A DNA stretch of 64,000 bases from Callorhinchus milii. Taxonomy: Eukaryota. Shown here one piece after another: positions 38,190-49,032 of this stretch. Made by a program: the position numbers and the translations under genes. Below the pieces are notes generated by a model that was not told where the DNA came from, did not search any database, and saw nothing but the letters and a program-made list of their open reading frames with translations. The number at the start of each line of letters is the position of its first letter. Within the stretch, counting starts at the first letter, position 1. Where the stretch lies: positions 17,298,001 to 17,362,000 of the forward strand of contig NW_024704756.1 of the NCBI RefSeq assembly GCF_018977255.1. Direction: 5' to 3'.

Positions 38190-38475
38190 GGGTGTCGGTG
38201 GGCTGGGCTGGGGTGGGGGGGTGTCGGTGGGGTGGGGTGGGGGGGTGTCGGTGGGGTGGGCTGGGGGTGTCGGTGGGGGGGTGTCGGTGGGGTGGGGTGA
38301 GGGGGTGTCGGTGGGGTGGGGGGGTGTCGGTGGGGTGGGGTGAGGGGGTGTCGGTGGGGTGGGGGGGTGTCGGTGGGGTGGGGGGGTGTCGGTGGGGTGT
38401 CGGTGGGGGGGTGTCGGTGGGGTGTCGGTGGGGTGGGGGGGTGTCGGTGGGGTGGGGTGGGGGGGTGTCGGTGGG
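38190..38475 (+). repeat. G-rich minisatellite (GGGGTGTCGGTGGGGTGG) just upstream of the PRSS23-like acceptor
   Basis: Directly visible tandem units. Confidence 0.9.
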
Positions 38476-38521
38476 CTGGTGTCCGGGCTGATGGCTCTCT
38501 GTCTGACAGGCTCTCGGCACC

Positions 38522-39634
38522 ATGTGGCTGCTGCTGCTGCTGCTCTTCCCATTCTGTGATCAGCTGCTGCCGCTGCGACCCCCGGACCGCGCCATCCGCC
38601 CGCACCGGCCGCTCCGGCTGCCCCGAGCGCGCTTCACCGGCCAGGACCGCCCGGAGCTCAGCAGCCAGTGCGACGCCGAGTGTGCGCGGAGGGCGGCGGC
38701 GGCGGCGGAGGATCTCTCCTACGAAACGCTCTACACGGACGGCTCCCGCACTCTGACGCTGGTGGACACCGCGCGGACACCCGCCGCTCGCGCCCCGGTC
38801 TCCGGCGCCAACCGCAGCCGCCGGGGCCGCCCCCGCTGTCGGCGTCAGCTGTTTGGGGCTGACGGTAGGTTCGACATCGCGGAGTCGGGCTTCGCGCTGC
38901 GCTTCCCCTTCTCGGCCGCCGTGCGGCTGTCCACGGGCTGCACCGGGGTCCTGGTGTCCCCGCGCCACGTGCTCAGCGCCGCGCACTGCATCCACGACGG
39001 CAGCCACTACGTCAAGGGCGCGCGGCGCCTGCGGGTGGGGCTACTGAGCGCGGGGGCGGCCTCGCCTGCGCCCCCTGGCGGCGCCTCGAACCCGCCGCCC
39101 CCTCCTGCGCCCCCTGGCGGCGCCCCCACCCTCCGCACCCGTTGGACCCGGGTCAGGCGCACGCAGGTGCCGCGAGGCTGGGTGCGGGGCCCCGGGGCCG
39201 GGGCCGGGGCCGGGGTCAGCATGGACTATGACTACGCGTTGCTGGAGCTGGCCAGGCCCCAGGGCAGGCCGCACCTGCCTGTGGGTGTCGCCCCCTCCCT
39301 GGCCGGCAGGAGGGTGCATTTCTCGGGCTTTGACGGCGACAGACCCGGACAGTTGGTTTACCGCTTCTGCCCCGTGGCCACCGAGACGCCACACCTCCTC
39401 TACCAGCGCTGCGACGCGCAACCCGGCTCCAGCGGCTCCGGGGTTTACACGCGGCTGCAGGGCCCGGCCGGCGGCTGGCGGCGCACCGTCGTGGGGGTCT
39501 TCTCTGGGCACCAGTGGGTGGAGGTGGGCGGCCGGCAGTTGGCCTACAACGTGGCGGTGCGCATCACCCCCCTGAAGCAGGCGCAGATCTGCCACTGGAT
39601 CAGCAGCTACAGCGGAGACTGCGGCTCCACCTGA
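38522..39634 (+). CDS. PRSS23: Serine protease 23-like (PRSS23/PRSS35 family), single coding exon, 370 aa
   Basis: Signal peptide MWLLLLLLFPF; LSYETLY; RCRR|QLFGADGRF; FPFSAAVRLSTGCTGVLVS; catalytic triad LSAAHC, DYDYALLEL, CDAQPGSSGSGV; YNVAVRITPLKQAQICHWI; acceptor AG at 38508-38509; Kozak GCACCATG. Confidence 0.9.
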   Translation: MWLLLLLLFPFCDQLLPLRPPDRAIRPHRPLRLPRARFTGQDRPELSSQCDAECARRAAAAAEDLSYETLYTDGSRTLTLVDTARTPAARAPVSGANRSRRGRPRCRRQLFGADGRFDIAESGFALRFPFSAAVRLSTGCTGVLVSPRHVLSAAHCIHDGSHYVKGARRLRVGLLSAGAASPAPPGGASNPPPPPAPPGGAPTLRTRWTRVRRTQVPRGWVRGPGAGAGAGVSMDYDYALLELARPQGRPHLPVGVAPSLAGRRVHFSGFDGDRPGQLVYRFCPVATETPHLLYQRCDAQPGSSGSGVYTRLQGPAGGWRRTVVGVFSGHQWVEVGGRQLAYNVAVRITPLKQAQICHWISSYSGDCGST

Positions 39635-39799
39635 CTCGCTCACTGCAGTCACAACACAGTCACTACACTCCAGTTACTGCACAGTTTACAGCGGTCCTCG
39701 TGTCCCCCTGACCTGAGGTTGCTGGGAGCAGCAGGGGCCCCAACAGCCACCGGGGGAGGGGGTAATAAGCCAACACACTCCTGCTTCTGGCACAGACAT

Positions 39800-39811
39800 T
39801 TTATTAATAAA
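39800..39811. terminator. Bidirectional polyadenylation signal TTTATTAATAAA
   Basis: AATAAA on + (39806-39811) and on - (39805-39800), between the convergent PRSS23-like and RAB38-like stop codons. Confidence 0.7.
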
Positions 39812-40462
39812 TAGAAACACAAAAGCTTCCATCAGCAGCAACATCACGGCAGTGGGGGGGGTGTGGGGGGGGGTGTGGGGGGGGAGGGGAGGCCTGCGGA
39901 CCGGGTAGATAGCTCCAGGCCTTGCCGAGCAGACACGTTGGCACTGACGGACTGAGGAGAACTGTTCCCCTTTAGAGATTACAATTTCTACACTTTGACC
40001 AACGCTCCATTGGAAACCACGAAGATCAAGTCACCGGAGCCAAGATGAGGATTGTGGCAGGGATTCTGAGAGCCACTAAACCGTGGCTCAAGTTGGTACT
40101 CATTCCGCAACCCATCACCCTCTCCCAGCCCCTCACTCCCAGGCAGGTGGGACAGGTCCTGTGAACACACCAATGTACTAAATTACAGCCACCAGAGTCA
40201 CTGGGGCCAGGACTGAACTGCATTTACAACACAAACCATTGCTCCTTTCTGCTCAGACGTGAATTTTAGATCCAAACGGACACTAGGATGATCAGAGCGA
40301 TCAGCAGAGGGCACCCAGAGCTAGTGCTCAGTGAGGACAGCTTCAGGAATGGTCCAACATGGACATTGCACTAACAAGAGAAACAGCCAACCCCAACTCC
40401 ATTCTCCAAAGGCCAGATCCTCCTGCCCTCTCCCCTCCCCCACTGGCAGCTGATCTGATTAG

Positions 40463-40615
40463 TTATTTGGTACAAGTGGAGCAGCCAGTGGTGCTGTCCA
40501 CTGACAGGCGCTCGTGGGAGACCACTTCGGGATCCGGGGGCACAGCGTCGCCATCCTCAGCTGCGAGGACAGTCTCCACCAGGAGCCGAGCTGCTTCCTC
40601 AATGTGGACGTTATC
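40463..40615 (-). CDS. RAB38: RAB38-like exon 3 (last)
   Basis: ttctccccAG acceptor; DNVHIEEAARLLVETVLAAEDG...TGCSTCTK*; RAB38-type C-terminal cysteines (CxxC). Confidence 0.88.
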   Translation of the reverse strand, partial: DNVHIEEAARLLVETVLAAEDGDAVPPDPEVVSHERLSVDSTTGCSTCTK

Positions 40616-41013
40616 CTGGGGAGAAATCAGGATCAGCTGAGGGATTCTGTTCTGGCAGGTTTCAAACCATTAATTCCAGCCCTCCCTGCTCAAGAGAGAA
40701 GGGAGATGATCTTGCTGACAGCGAGAATGAAGAACATTTCTTTAGGATGAAGAATGTTTATAATAAATATTTTATAATAAAGATGGAAAAAGATCAAAAT
40801 GGAGCAGAAGTAAAAACATGTACAACACAGATGGATACTATGTTTAAGAGTATCCAAACCAGACAGATTATGGACATTTCCATCTCAGGAATGAAAAGCG
40901 CTTCCTCTCCTGGAGGGAATTGCCTAATCTCAGAGTGTATTCAATACCATTTGGCAAAAGCCAAGGTTCGAGGATCCCAATGTGCGTTCAGATACTCCTG
41001 GAGTTTAACCACC

Positions 41014-41732
41014 AACAATAACAACAACAACAACAACAAGATTCCATTTATAGAGCGCCTTTCACGTCAGGAGGACGTCCCAAGGCGCTGCACAGTTGGG
41101 TCATGACCCGAGCAGGGGGGAAATGGTCAGGGTGACGGGAGGGAAGGGAGGGAGAGAGGAGGGGGAAATGGTCAGGGTGAGGGGAGGGAAGGGAGGGAGC
41201 GAGGAGGAGGAAGAGAGTCGAGAGGGGAGCTGAAGGCACGGTCAAAGAGAAAGGTTTTGAGACCGGCCTTGAAGGAGGAAAGGGAGGAAGCGGCGAAGGC
41301 ACTGGGGGATGGAGTTCCAGAGCCTCGGGCTGAGAGGCTGAAGGCCCGACCACCGATAGTAGGGCGGTTGGGGCGGGGGACGTGGAGCAGACCGGAGCCA
41401 GAGGAACGGAGGGTACGGGCAGGTAGGTAGGGGGATAGTAGGTCGGAGAGGTAGGAGGGAGCAAGGCCGTGAATGGCCTTGTAGGTGAGGATGAGGATCT
41501 TGAAATCAATCCTCTGGGGGATGGGGAGCCAGTGGAGGCGAGCGAGGGTAGGAGTGATGTGATCGCGAAGCCTGGTGCGGGACAGTACACGAGCTGCAGA
41601 GTTCTGAATGACCTGCAGCTTGTGGAGGGAGGTGGCGGGAAGGCCGGCGAGGAGAGAGTTCCCATAGTCCAGCCTTGAGGTGACAAAGGCGTGAACCAGG
41701 GTTTCAGCGGCGTGAGGGGTGAGGTAGTGCCG
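41014..41732 (-). mobile_element. L2-clade LINE, 5'-truncated and relatively young, in RAB38-like intron 2
   Basis: Minus strand encodes LHKLQVIQNSAARVLSRTR...HITPTLASLHWLPIPQRIDFKILILTYKAIHGLAPSYLSDLL; (TTG)n tail. Confidence 0.9.
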
Positions 41733-42251
41733 TAATCAGCTTGCCTCTTGAGAGAACCATATGGCAAGCTTCCCATTGCTTGTCCAGCTAGGACCACCTT
41801 ACCTATTAGGGCATCGTTAACACAAGTTGAGTGCGAAGAATCCCTGCTCCCAGTGCCTGGTGGACGGCACTGTATTTTGAGATGCGTTTATAACAATATC
41901 CTCCCTTGAGCTTTTGTCCATTGCCAACACTGGTCAGGACCTGCAGTACCCATAATAGCCACCAGGCGCCGCTCTGTTACAGTCTGACTTCCCACTGGCC
42001 GGTGCTGTCCACAAAACCCCACGATAGGACCTCATAGCGCCGCCAAGTGGATGGAATGGGGAACTGAAGGCTCCACCTGGATAGTCACCATCTTCAGCGT
42101 CATTTTTAGGCAATTTAAGCATTGCGAGTCCCTACTCACAGCTCCAGGTCCACAGCACAAATCCCACCAGACTGCACATTGGTAAATTCAATCTGAGAAT
42201 TAGTAGAGAGAAATCAATCAATCCTCCCACACATCACTAGATATTTCTTAC

Positions 42252-42532
42252 CTTTGCCGAGGTCTCAAACCAGCCAACGAAGCCATTCTCTTTGCAGAAG
42301 TGCTCCAGTTTGGGCAGGCTGTAACGGAGGCCCTCCTTCACCTGGTCACACTTATTTGCCAGCAGGACTGTGGGCACCATCTTGCCGTTCTGCAGCCGGA
42401 CCTTCGTATCCAGGTCGTTCTTCCACTTTGAAACTGCTTCAAACGTAGAGGCTCGAGACACATCGAAGACAATAAATGCAGCGACAGCCTCTCGGTAATA
42501 CACCCGGGTCATATTGCCAAACCTCTCCTGCC
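42252..42532 (-). CDS. RAB38: RAB38-like exon 2
   Basis: 281 nt; GQERFGNMTRVYYREAVAAFIVFDV...LLANKCD...WFETSAK; AG acceptor and GTAAGA donor. Confidence 0.93.
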
Positions 42533-43409
42533 CTACAAACAGACCAGAGAGCAATGAGGACACGAATTCCCGCAGAACGGTTGGGTTAGTGCACCACCAG
42601 GCCAGGCTCCCGAGCGGTATAGCCTCCTGTGCAGACCTTACTTTCAGCTCTGCAGGTTGCCTACAGATAAATATTAAATATCTCATTATGTCTAATTTTA
42701 TAAAACACCAGATGAAAATAACCATGTAAGATGTGTCAATTATCATTTGTGTCAAATGTCTCCTGGTCAGATGGTTATAGGTTCAAGCCTCATATCCAGA
42801 TTTGGAACTCCAGCTGTATTGTTGGAGGTGCCTTTACATGAGACGTTATACCGAGGTCTCGTCTACCCCTCTAAGTGGACGTTAAAGATCTCCGGTGCTA
42901 TTCGAGAAGCGAATGTGTCCTGACCAACAATCCTCCGAATAAAAAATAATTCACTTTATGGCTGTTTGTGGGATATTGCTGTGCTGTGATCAGCCAAAAA
43001 TACACTTTGCAATAGATTCTGTGAAGTGCTTCGAGACGATCTCCCAATGTGAAGACAAAATGAAAGGATCACATTGTTGGGAAATGTGGACTGGCACAGA
43101 TAACTCAAAGCTAAAAAGTAAATGGACATTATCTTAATGGGCAGACAGTGTAGAGGGAGCTTTACTCGGTCTCTGACCCGTGTTGTCCCTTACCTGGGAG
43201 AGTGGGCTAACAATGTAGAGGGTTAGAGACAGAAGTTTACTCTGTCTCTAACCTTGACCTGGGAGTATGGATGAGACAGTAACAGCGTTCAAAGATTAAC
43301 TTGAACCTTCTCAGTAACTGCAGCGACTCCGCCCTTCAAACAGAACAGAAACCATCAATTACAGCAGAACTGAGAGCTGCCACAGCCTCTCGGAGGCCGC
43401 CGCCGCCTC

Positions 43410-44712
43410 GCCCAGAGTGTGTGTGTGTGTGTCGGGGGGCCCGGGGTGTGTGTCGGGGGGCCCCAGAGTGTGTGTGTGTGGGGGGGGGGGGGGGCGGAGT
43501 GTGTGTGTGTGTCGGGGGCCCGGGGTGTGTGTCGGGGGGCCCCAGAGTGTGTGTGTGTCGGGGGGCCTGGGGTGTGTGTCGGGGGGCCCCAGAGTGTGTG
43601 TGTGTGTGTGTCGGGGGGCCCGGTGTGTGTGTGTGTCGGGGGGCCCGGAGTGTGTGTGTGTCGGGGGCCCGGAGTGTGTGTGTGTGTGTCGGGAGGCCCG
43701 GAGTGTGTGTGTGTCGGGGGGCCCGGAGTGTGTGTGTGTCGGGGGGCCCGGGGTGTGTGTGTGTGTCGGGGGGCCCGGGGTGTGTGTCGGGGGGCCCCAG
43801 AGTGTGTGTGTGTGTGTGTCGGGGGGCCCGGAGTGTGTGTGTGTGTGTGTGTGTCGGGGGGCCCGGAGTGTGTGTGTGTGTGTGTCGGGGGGCCCGGGGG
43901 GCCCAGAGTGTGTGTGTGTCGGGGGAGTGTGTGTGTGTGTGTGTGTCGGGGGGTGTGTGTGTGTGTGTCGGGGGGCCCAGAGTGTGTGTGTGTCGGGGGG
44001 CCCGGAGTGTGTGTGTGGTGTGTCGGGGGGCCCGGGTGTGTGTGTGTGTGTCGGGGGGCCCGGAGTGTGTGTGTGTGTCGGGGGGCCCGGTGTGTGTGTG
44101 TGTGTGTCGGGGGGCCCGGTGTGTGTGTGTGTGTGTCGGGGGGCCCGGTGTGTGTGTGTGTCGGGGGGCCCATAGTGTGTGTGTGTGTCGGGGGGCCCGG
44201 GGTGTGTGTGTGTGTCGGGGGGCCCGGAGTGTGTGTGTGTGTCGGGGGGCCCGGGGTGTGTGTGTGTGTCGGGGGGCCCGGTGTGTGTGTGTGTCGGGGG
44301 GCCCAGAGTGTGTGTGTGTGTCGGGGGGCCCGGGGTGTGTGTGTGTGTCGGGGGGCCCGGAGTGTGTGTGTGTGTCGGGGGGCCCGGAGTGTGTGTGTGT
44401 GTGTGTGTCGGGGGGCCCGGGGTGTGTGTGTGTGTGTGTGTGTCGGGGGGCCCGGAGTGTGTGTGTGTGTCGGGGGGCCCGGGGTGTGTGTGTGTGTCGG
44501 GGGAGTGTGTGTGTGTGTGTGTGTCGGGGGGCCCGGGGTGTGTGTGTGTGTCGGGGGGCCCGGAGTGTGTGTGTGTGTGTGTGTGTGTCGGGGGGCCCGG
44601 GGTGTGTGTGTGTGTCGGGTGGGGGCCCCGGAGTGTGTGTGTGTGTCGGGGGCCCGGGGTGTGTGTGTGTGTCGGGGGGCCCGGAGTGTGTGTGTGTGTG
44701 TGTGTGTCGGGC
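43410..44712 (+). repeat. 1.3-kb compound minisatellite CGGGGGGCCCGG(A/G)(GT)n in RAB38-like intron 1
   Basis: Several dozen units with a constant GC core and a variable (GT)n spacer. Confidence 0.95.
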
Positions 44713-45391
44713 GGGGGGGGGAATGGCAAAGCGCTGGGAAACGAGCAGCACAAACCGGAGCCACTCCATCCTGATGCCGGTGCCCTCTCCTGTGGGGCAC
44801 AACTCCAGAGATTAACCAACGGCGCCCGGAGAAGCCCCGCCCGGGCCATCGCCGCTTCATAACGGCGTTATTGGAAAGACACCTGAGATACGGGGGGGAC
44901 TGCTGTCTGGTCACCTCCCCCTGGACGGGAGAGGGGGAGGCGGAGGGGGCGGTGGAATCAGACGGGACAGAACACGATACTATCCTCTGCTGACGGTGTG
45001 GAGCCTCCGATGAGCATCTCTCTCGGTTCATCAAGCGCTGGTTTGATCATCCCGCCCGGGGGGGGGGGGGGGGACCCGAGTCCCCACCTCAGGGGGAAAC
45101 TCCGGAGGGAAGGGCTCTCTCTCTCGGGATCTCTCGGCTCAGGGCTCAGGGGCTGCTGTTGGTTTGATAGTTAAGCGGCGTTTCTCAACTTCAGTTCCTC
45201 AAACTTTTGCCTACACGAGCGGCGATTATTGGCAAAATAAACAGTGTCCGACTCTGTGGGCAAAGGGAGAGGAGCGACGGATATACAGTAATTCACAACA
45301 GAAGGTCTCTAATCTCTACCAATTCCTTAACATAAATGTGCCTCCGGTCAGGAGCCTCCATCACCCCCTCTCCCTGTTTCCCTTTCCTTAC

Positions 45392-45593
45392 CCGCTATAT
45401 CCCAAAGCTGGAGTCGGATCACAGTGTCCGGGTCCCAGTGCAGGACTTTGAGAGCGAAATCCACGCCGATGGTGGCTCTGTAATGCTGGGAGAAGATCTG
45501 GTGGACATACCGCTTGATGATGCTCGTCTTCCCCACCCCCAGGTCCCCAATCACCAGCACCTTAAACAGGTACTCTTTCCGCGCTTTCTCCAT
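45392..45593 (-). CDS. RAB38: RAB38-like exon 1
   Basis: 202 nt; MEKARKEYLFKVLVIGDLGVGKTSIIKRYVHQIFSQHYRATIGVDFALKVLHWDPDTVIRLQLWDIAG; WDIAG is diagnostic of RAB32/38/29; total 636 nt = 211 aa. Confidence 0.93.
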
Positions 45594-45607
45594 TGATGCC
45601 CTGACAC

Positions 45608-45942
45608 TGTGTGTGTGTGTGTCTGTCTGTGTGTATATGGCTGTCTGTGTGTGTGTATATGTCTGTCTGTCGGTGTATGTCTCTCTGTGTATCTCTGTGT
45701 GTGTGTGTCTGTCTGTGTGCCTGTCTGTGTGAGTATGTGTATATGTCTGTCTGTCTGTCTGTCTCTGTCTATGAGTGTCTGTCTGTCTGTGAGTGTGTCT
45801 GTCTGTGAGTGTGTCTGTCTGTCTGTGTCTATCTATGAGCGTGTGTCTGAGTGTGTGTGTCTGTCTGTCTGTCTGTCTGTCTGTGTCTGTGAGTGTGTGT
45901 GTCTGTCTGTCTGTGAGTGTGTGTCTGTCTGTCTGTATATGT
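45608..45942 (+). repeat. (GT)n/(GTCT)n compound microsatellite immediately upstream of the RAB38-like ATG
   Basis: Directly visible. Confidence 0.9.
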
Positions 45943-46408
45943 AGACACGCGGCTCCTCTGATCGCTTTGTAAAACTTCCCAAAGGTAACTTTACGCCGAG
46001 TCTCTCTGTGGTGCTGTCCACTCGTCAATGTCAGTCCTGGGGATTTAAAAGGGCAATAATTGTCTCCGCTCCGCTCGGCCCCCCCTCCTCTGGCGGGACA
46101 CAGACACCCCTTTAATTCAGGAGGTTCACGCGGCTCAGGTACAGGTGTGAGCGTTCATTGATAAACTGTATAAAGGATTAGAGCCGCGCGTAACCGGCTG
46201 CCGGTGGGCCAGGGCGACGCTTCCAAATCAGCACTAATTGTGAACAGAATTTCCCTCCCCCTTAAATTGCACCCCCCCACACGCACACGTTTAAACCCGC
46301 AAACGCGCCACTACATCGCTCCCCCCCCACATTCCTATACCCTCAAACAGACCAGTAACGCCCCCCCCCCCCCACACACAAACAAACAACTACCTATACA
46401 CACGTTAT

Positions 46409-46414
46409 TTTATT
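46409..46414 (-). terminator. Candidate poly(A) signal of ITGB1BP2
   Basis: First minus-strand AATAAA I found downstream of the stop at 47086. Confidence 0.5.
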
Positions 46415-46491
46415 TTCTTGTTTCCCGCACAAACCTTATAAAGACCATAAATAAATGGCAAAGAAACAGTGAGTGGCTTCGGGAGGGTGAG

Positions 46492-46897
46492 AGGTTACGG
46501 TGAGAGGTGATGGCGAGAGGCGGGGGGTTATGGCGAGAGGCAGGGGGTTATGGCGAGAGGCAGGGGTTATGGCGAAGGGGTTATGGCGGGGGGTTACGGC
46601 GAGAGGCGGGGGGTTACGGCGAGGGGGTTACGGCGAGAGGCGGGGGGTTACGGCGAGAGGGTTACGGCGAGAGGCGGGGGGGTTACGGCGAGAGGGTTAC
46701 GGCGAGAGGCGGGGGGTTACAGCGAGAGGCGGGGGGGTTACGGCGAGAGGCGGGGGGGTTACGGCGAGAGGCGGGGGGTTACGGCGAGAGGCGGGGGGGT
46801 TACGGCGAGAGGCGGGGGGGTTACGGCGAGAGGCGGGGGGTTACGGCGAGAGGCGGGGGGGTTACGGCGAGAGGCGGGGGGGTTATGGCGAGGGGGG
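46492..46897 (+). repeat. About 20-bp minisatellite GGGGGGTTACGGCGAGAGGC
   Basis: About 20 tandem units. Confidence 0.93.
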
Positions 46898-47085
46898 GGA
46901 AGGGGGTGATAGATGAAATGATTATCACAAAAAAAGTGCCGTTATGCTGAATGTCACATACAATGGTCTAGAATGTTCCTAAAAAAGTCACATGACAGCG
47001 GAGGTTTAACAGAGCAAAATGTCAGGGCTACTGATTGTTCGATGTGTGTTAATGCCTTCATTCCCCCCCCCCCACCCCAATCGCC

Positions 47086-47349
47086 TCAGTCAAACTCCTC
47101 ATCGCTGTCTGACAACCCGAAGCTGTCGTCAGACTCCTCGTCCTCCAGCGGGGGCGGCTCGTCACCCAGGACCAGCTCTTTTGGCTCCTCCACACTCCGC
47201 TCCCTCCTCTCGCTCTCCTTCTCCTCCACGTGGGTGGTCGGGGCGGGCGGGAGGTCCAGCCTGGCCCAGGTCCTGGGGTCGGCCTTTGTCAGGCTGATCT
47301 CTACCTTGCTGGCAGTCATGTTCACCACACTCTTGTTGACATCAATGAC
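47086..47349 (-). CDS. ITGB1BP2: Melusin exon 11 (end of CS domain plus acidic tail)
   Basis: VIDVNKSVVNMTASKVEISLTKADPRTWARLDLP...LEDEESDDSFGLSDSDEEFD*; the acidic tail distinguishes melusin from CHORDC1. Confidence 0.87.
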   Translation of the reverse strand, partial: VIDVNKSVVNMTASKVEISLTKADPRTWARLDLPPAPTTHVEEKESERRERSVEEPKELVLGDEPPPLEDEESDDSFGLSDSDEEFD

Positions 47350-47380
47350 CTGGAATAAGGCAAACATCCCGATCCCACAA

Positions 47381-47712
47381 TTATTATAATAATATAATAA
47401 TAATCCTTGCATTTGATATAGCACTTTTCACGTCGGGAGGACGTCCCAAAGCGCTTCACAGAACATACTGCAAAGTGAATTGACTGTATATTTGTGGGCG
47501 AACGCGGCAGCCAATTGCGCACAGCAATGTCCCACAAACAGTCGTAGATTGAAAATGACCAATTAATTATTGTTTTTGGTTTCTGAAGGGATTATTATTA
47601 GGCTCTGTGTGGAGTAAGGAAACTTGCCCAAGGTTTCGCCCTCTGCCTGGAATTGAACTCAGGTCTCTCACTTGCAAAGCGAGTGCTCTAACCACTGAGC
47701 TACAGGACTCCA
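47381..47712 (-). mobile_element. Young tRNA(Ala)-derived SINE in melusin intron 10
   Basis: Full-length reverse complement of 50721-51047. Confidence 0.92.
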
Positions 47713-48006
47713 AATTCAACCTGGCCAGTCAGGCCTCAGAGTAACCATGGTAACAGCAAACCCACATGCCTCTCTCCATATACTCAATTCCCATGTACTC
47801 AATAGTTATATCCCGGTTTTATTCCGCCAGTTATAATCTCCCGTCATATCCTCCTTTATATTTGCCCACAAAATATACAGTCAATTCACATTACAGTAGA
47901 TTCTGTGAAGCGTTTTCAGATGTGATAAGGCACTGCATCAAACACAAGGATTATTATTATATTCCTCCTCATCCTCCATGGCCTGCAACAAGCGCAGAAT
48001 ACTCAC

Positions 48007-48069
48007 CCCCCAAAGCTTTAAGTCCGTGTGAAATATCTTGTCCTCTTCAAACACGATGTGAACGGTCAG
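48007..48069 (-). CDS. ITGB1BP2: Melusin exon 10
   Basis: 63 nt; LTVHIVFEEDKIFHTDLKLWG; AG/GTGAGT. Confidence 0.87.
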
Positions 48070-48469
48070 CTGCAAAAGAGGCAAATAATCTGTCAGACAG
48101 CATCAAAACATCTCAAAGTGCTCCCCAGGGAATCGTTGTCAATTGCCAACCCCCCACCCCCGACATGCACAGGCAGCCAGGAGGAGAATGATCAGTCTAC
48201 CTGGGGGTTGTCAGCCAGGACACCGTGAGAGAGAAACTCCCTCTTTTACAATTGTGTTGTGGGACCTTTAACATCCGCTGAACAGGCACAGACCAGACCA
48301 CAGTTTAATGTCTCATTGAAAGGACTTCACCTCCGACAATGCAGACGGTTAGGGATCCTGTTACAGAGTCCATCGGGAGCCATTAAACAGTTTGGGTTTT
48401 CCTCGCCTCCCTTCTCCCCACTAATGACTGGGGAATGGAGAATGTGATAAGGTGAGGAGCATTACTCAC

Positions 48470-48589
48470 CGCGGTGCGATTGGCATCCACGTAGCTGAGC
48501 TCCGAGTTGGAGGTCTTGGCATAGATTGTAAAGACCACCACACTGCCAGTCTGGTGCCAGTCGTGTCGACACCCCACCAGCCGCTTATC
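48470..48589 (-). CDS. ITGB1BP2: Melusin exon 9 (start of CS domain)
   Basis: 120 nt; DKRLVGCRHDWHQTGSVVVFTIYAKTSNSELSYVDANRTA. Confidence 0.88.
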
Positions 48590-48926
48590 CTGAGAGGAAC
48601 ACGGTCACATGAGAGTTAGTCCCCGCCCTTGCACATCGCTTCTCCACATCAACTCACCCCCAACCAGCTGGGAGAGACTGCAGACAGTTTGCTCCCGATG
48701 GCAGACTGAAGGTGGATCTCACTGACGACTCCATGCTCGGAACTGAGGTTTTACTTAGTCAAAGAGGCAGACAGCTCAGGTCACAGTCACAAGCTCGGAG
48801 GACAAAAGGGTGGAGGAACTCAGTAACATGGTTCATGGCCAAGTTGCTGCCCCACAATGCGCAATGGCTGAGAAAGCCCTCTACCCGAGGCTGGAGCTTG
48901 GCTCAGGGCAGTAAGTGGTTCCTTAC

Positions 48927-49032
48927 CATATCTATCTTGATCCACGTGTGCTTGCCGGTCACACAGCCCGGCTGCTGCAGGAAGTCATCGAACTCCGTTG
49001 TCTTAATCTTGCAGCAGCTCCAGTACTTCATG
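48927..49032 (-). CDS. ITGB1BP2: Melusin exon 8 (CHORD2)
   Basis: 106 nt; MKYWSCCKIKTTEFDDFLQQPGCVTGKHTWIKIDM. Confidence 0.9.

Noticed and set aside
38066-39652. Antisense and alternative-frame ORFs over the protease
   Set aside because: Shadow ORFs caused by extreme GC content and the adjacent minisatellite.
43301-45034. ORFs of 450-560 aa on both strands
   Set aside because: They are translations of a stop-free minisatellite inside RAB38-like intron 1.
45594-46028. N-terminal extension of the RAB38-like protein
   Set aside because: Non-ATG start running through a microsatellite; the ATG at 45593 gives the canonical length.
46492-46897. Interstitial telomeric repeat
   Set aside because: The unit contains GGGTTA but no tandem TTAGGG.
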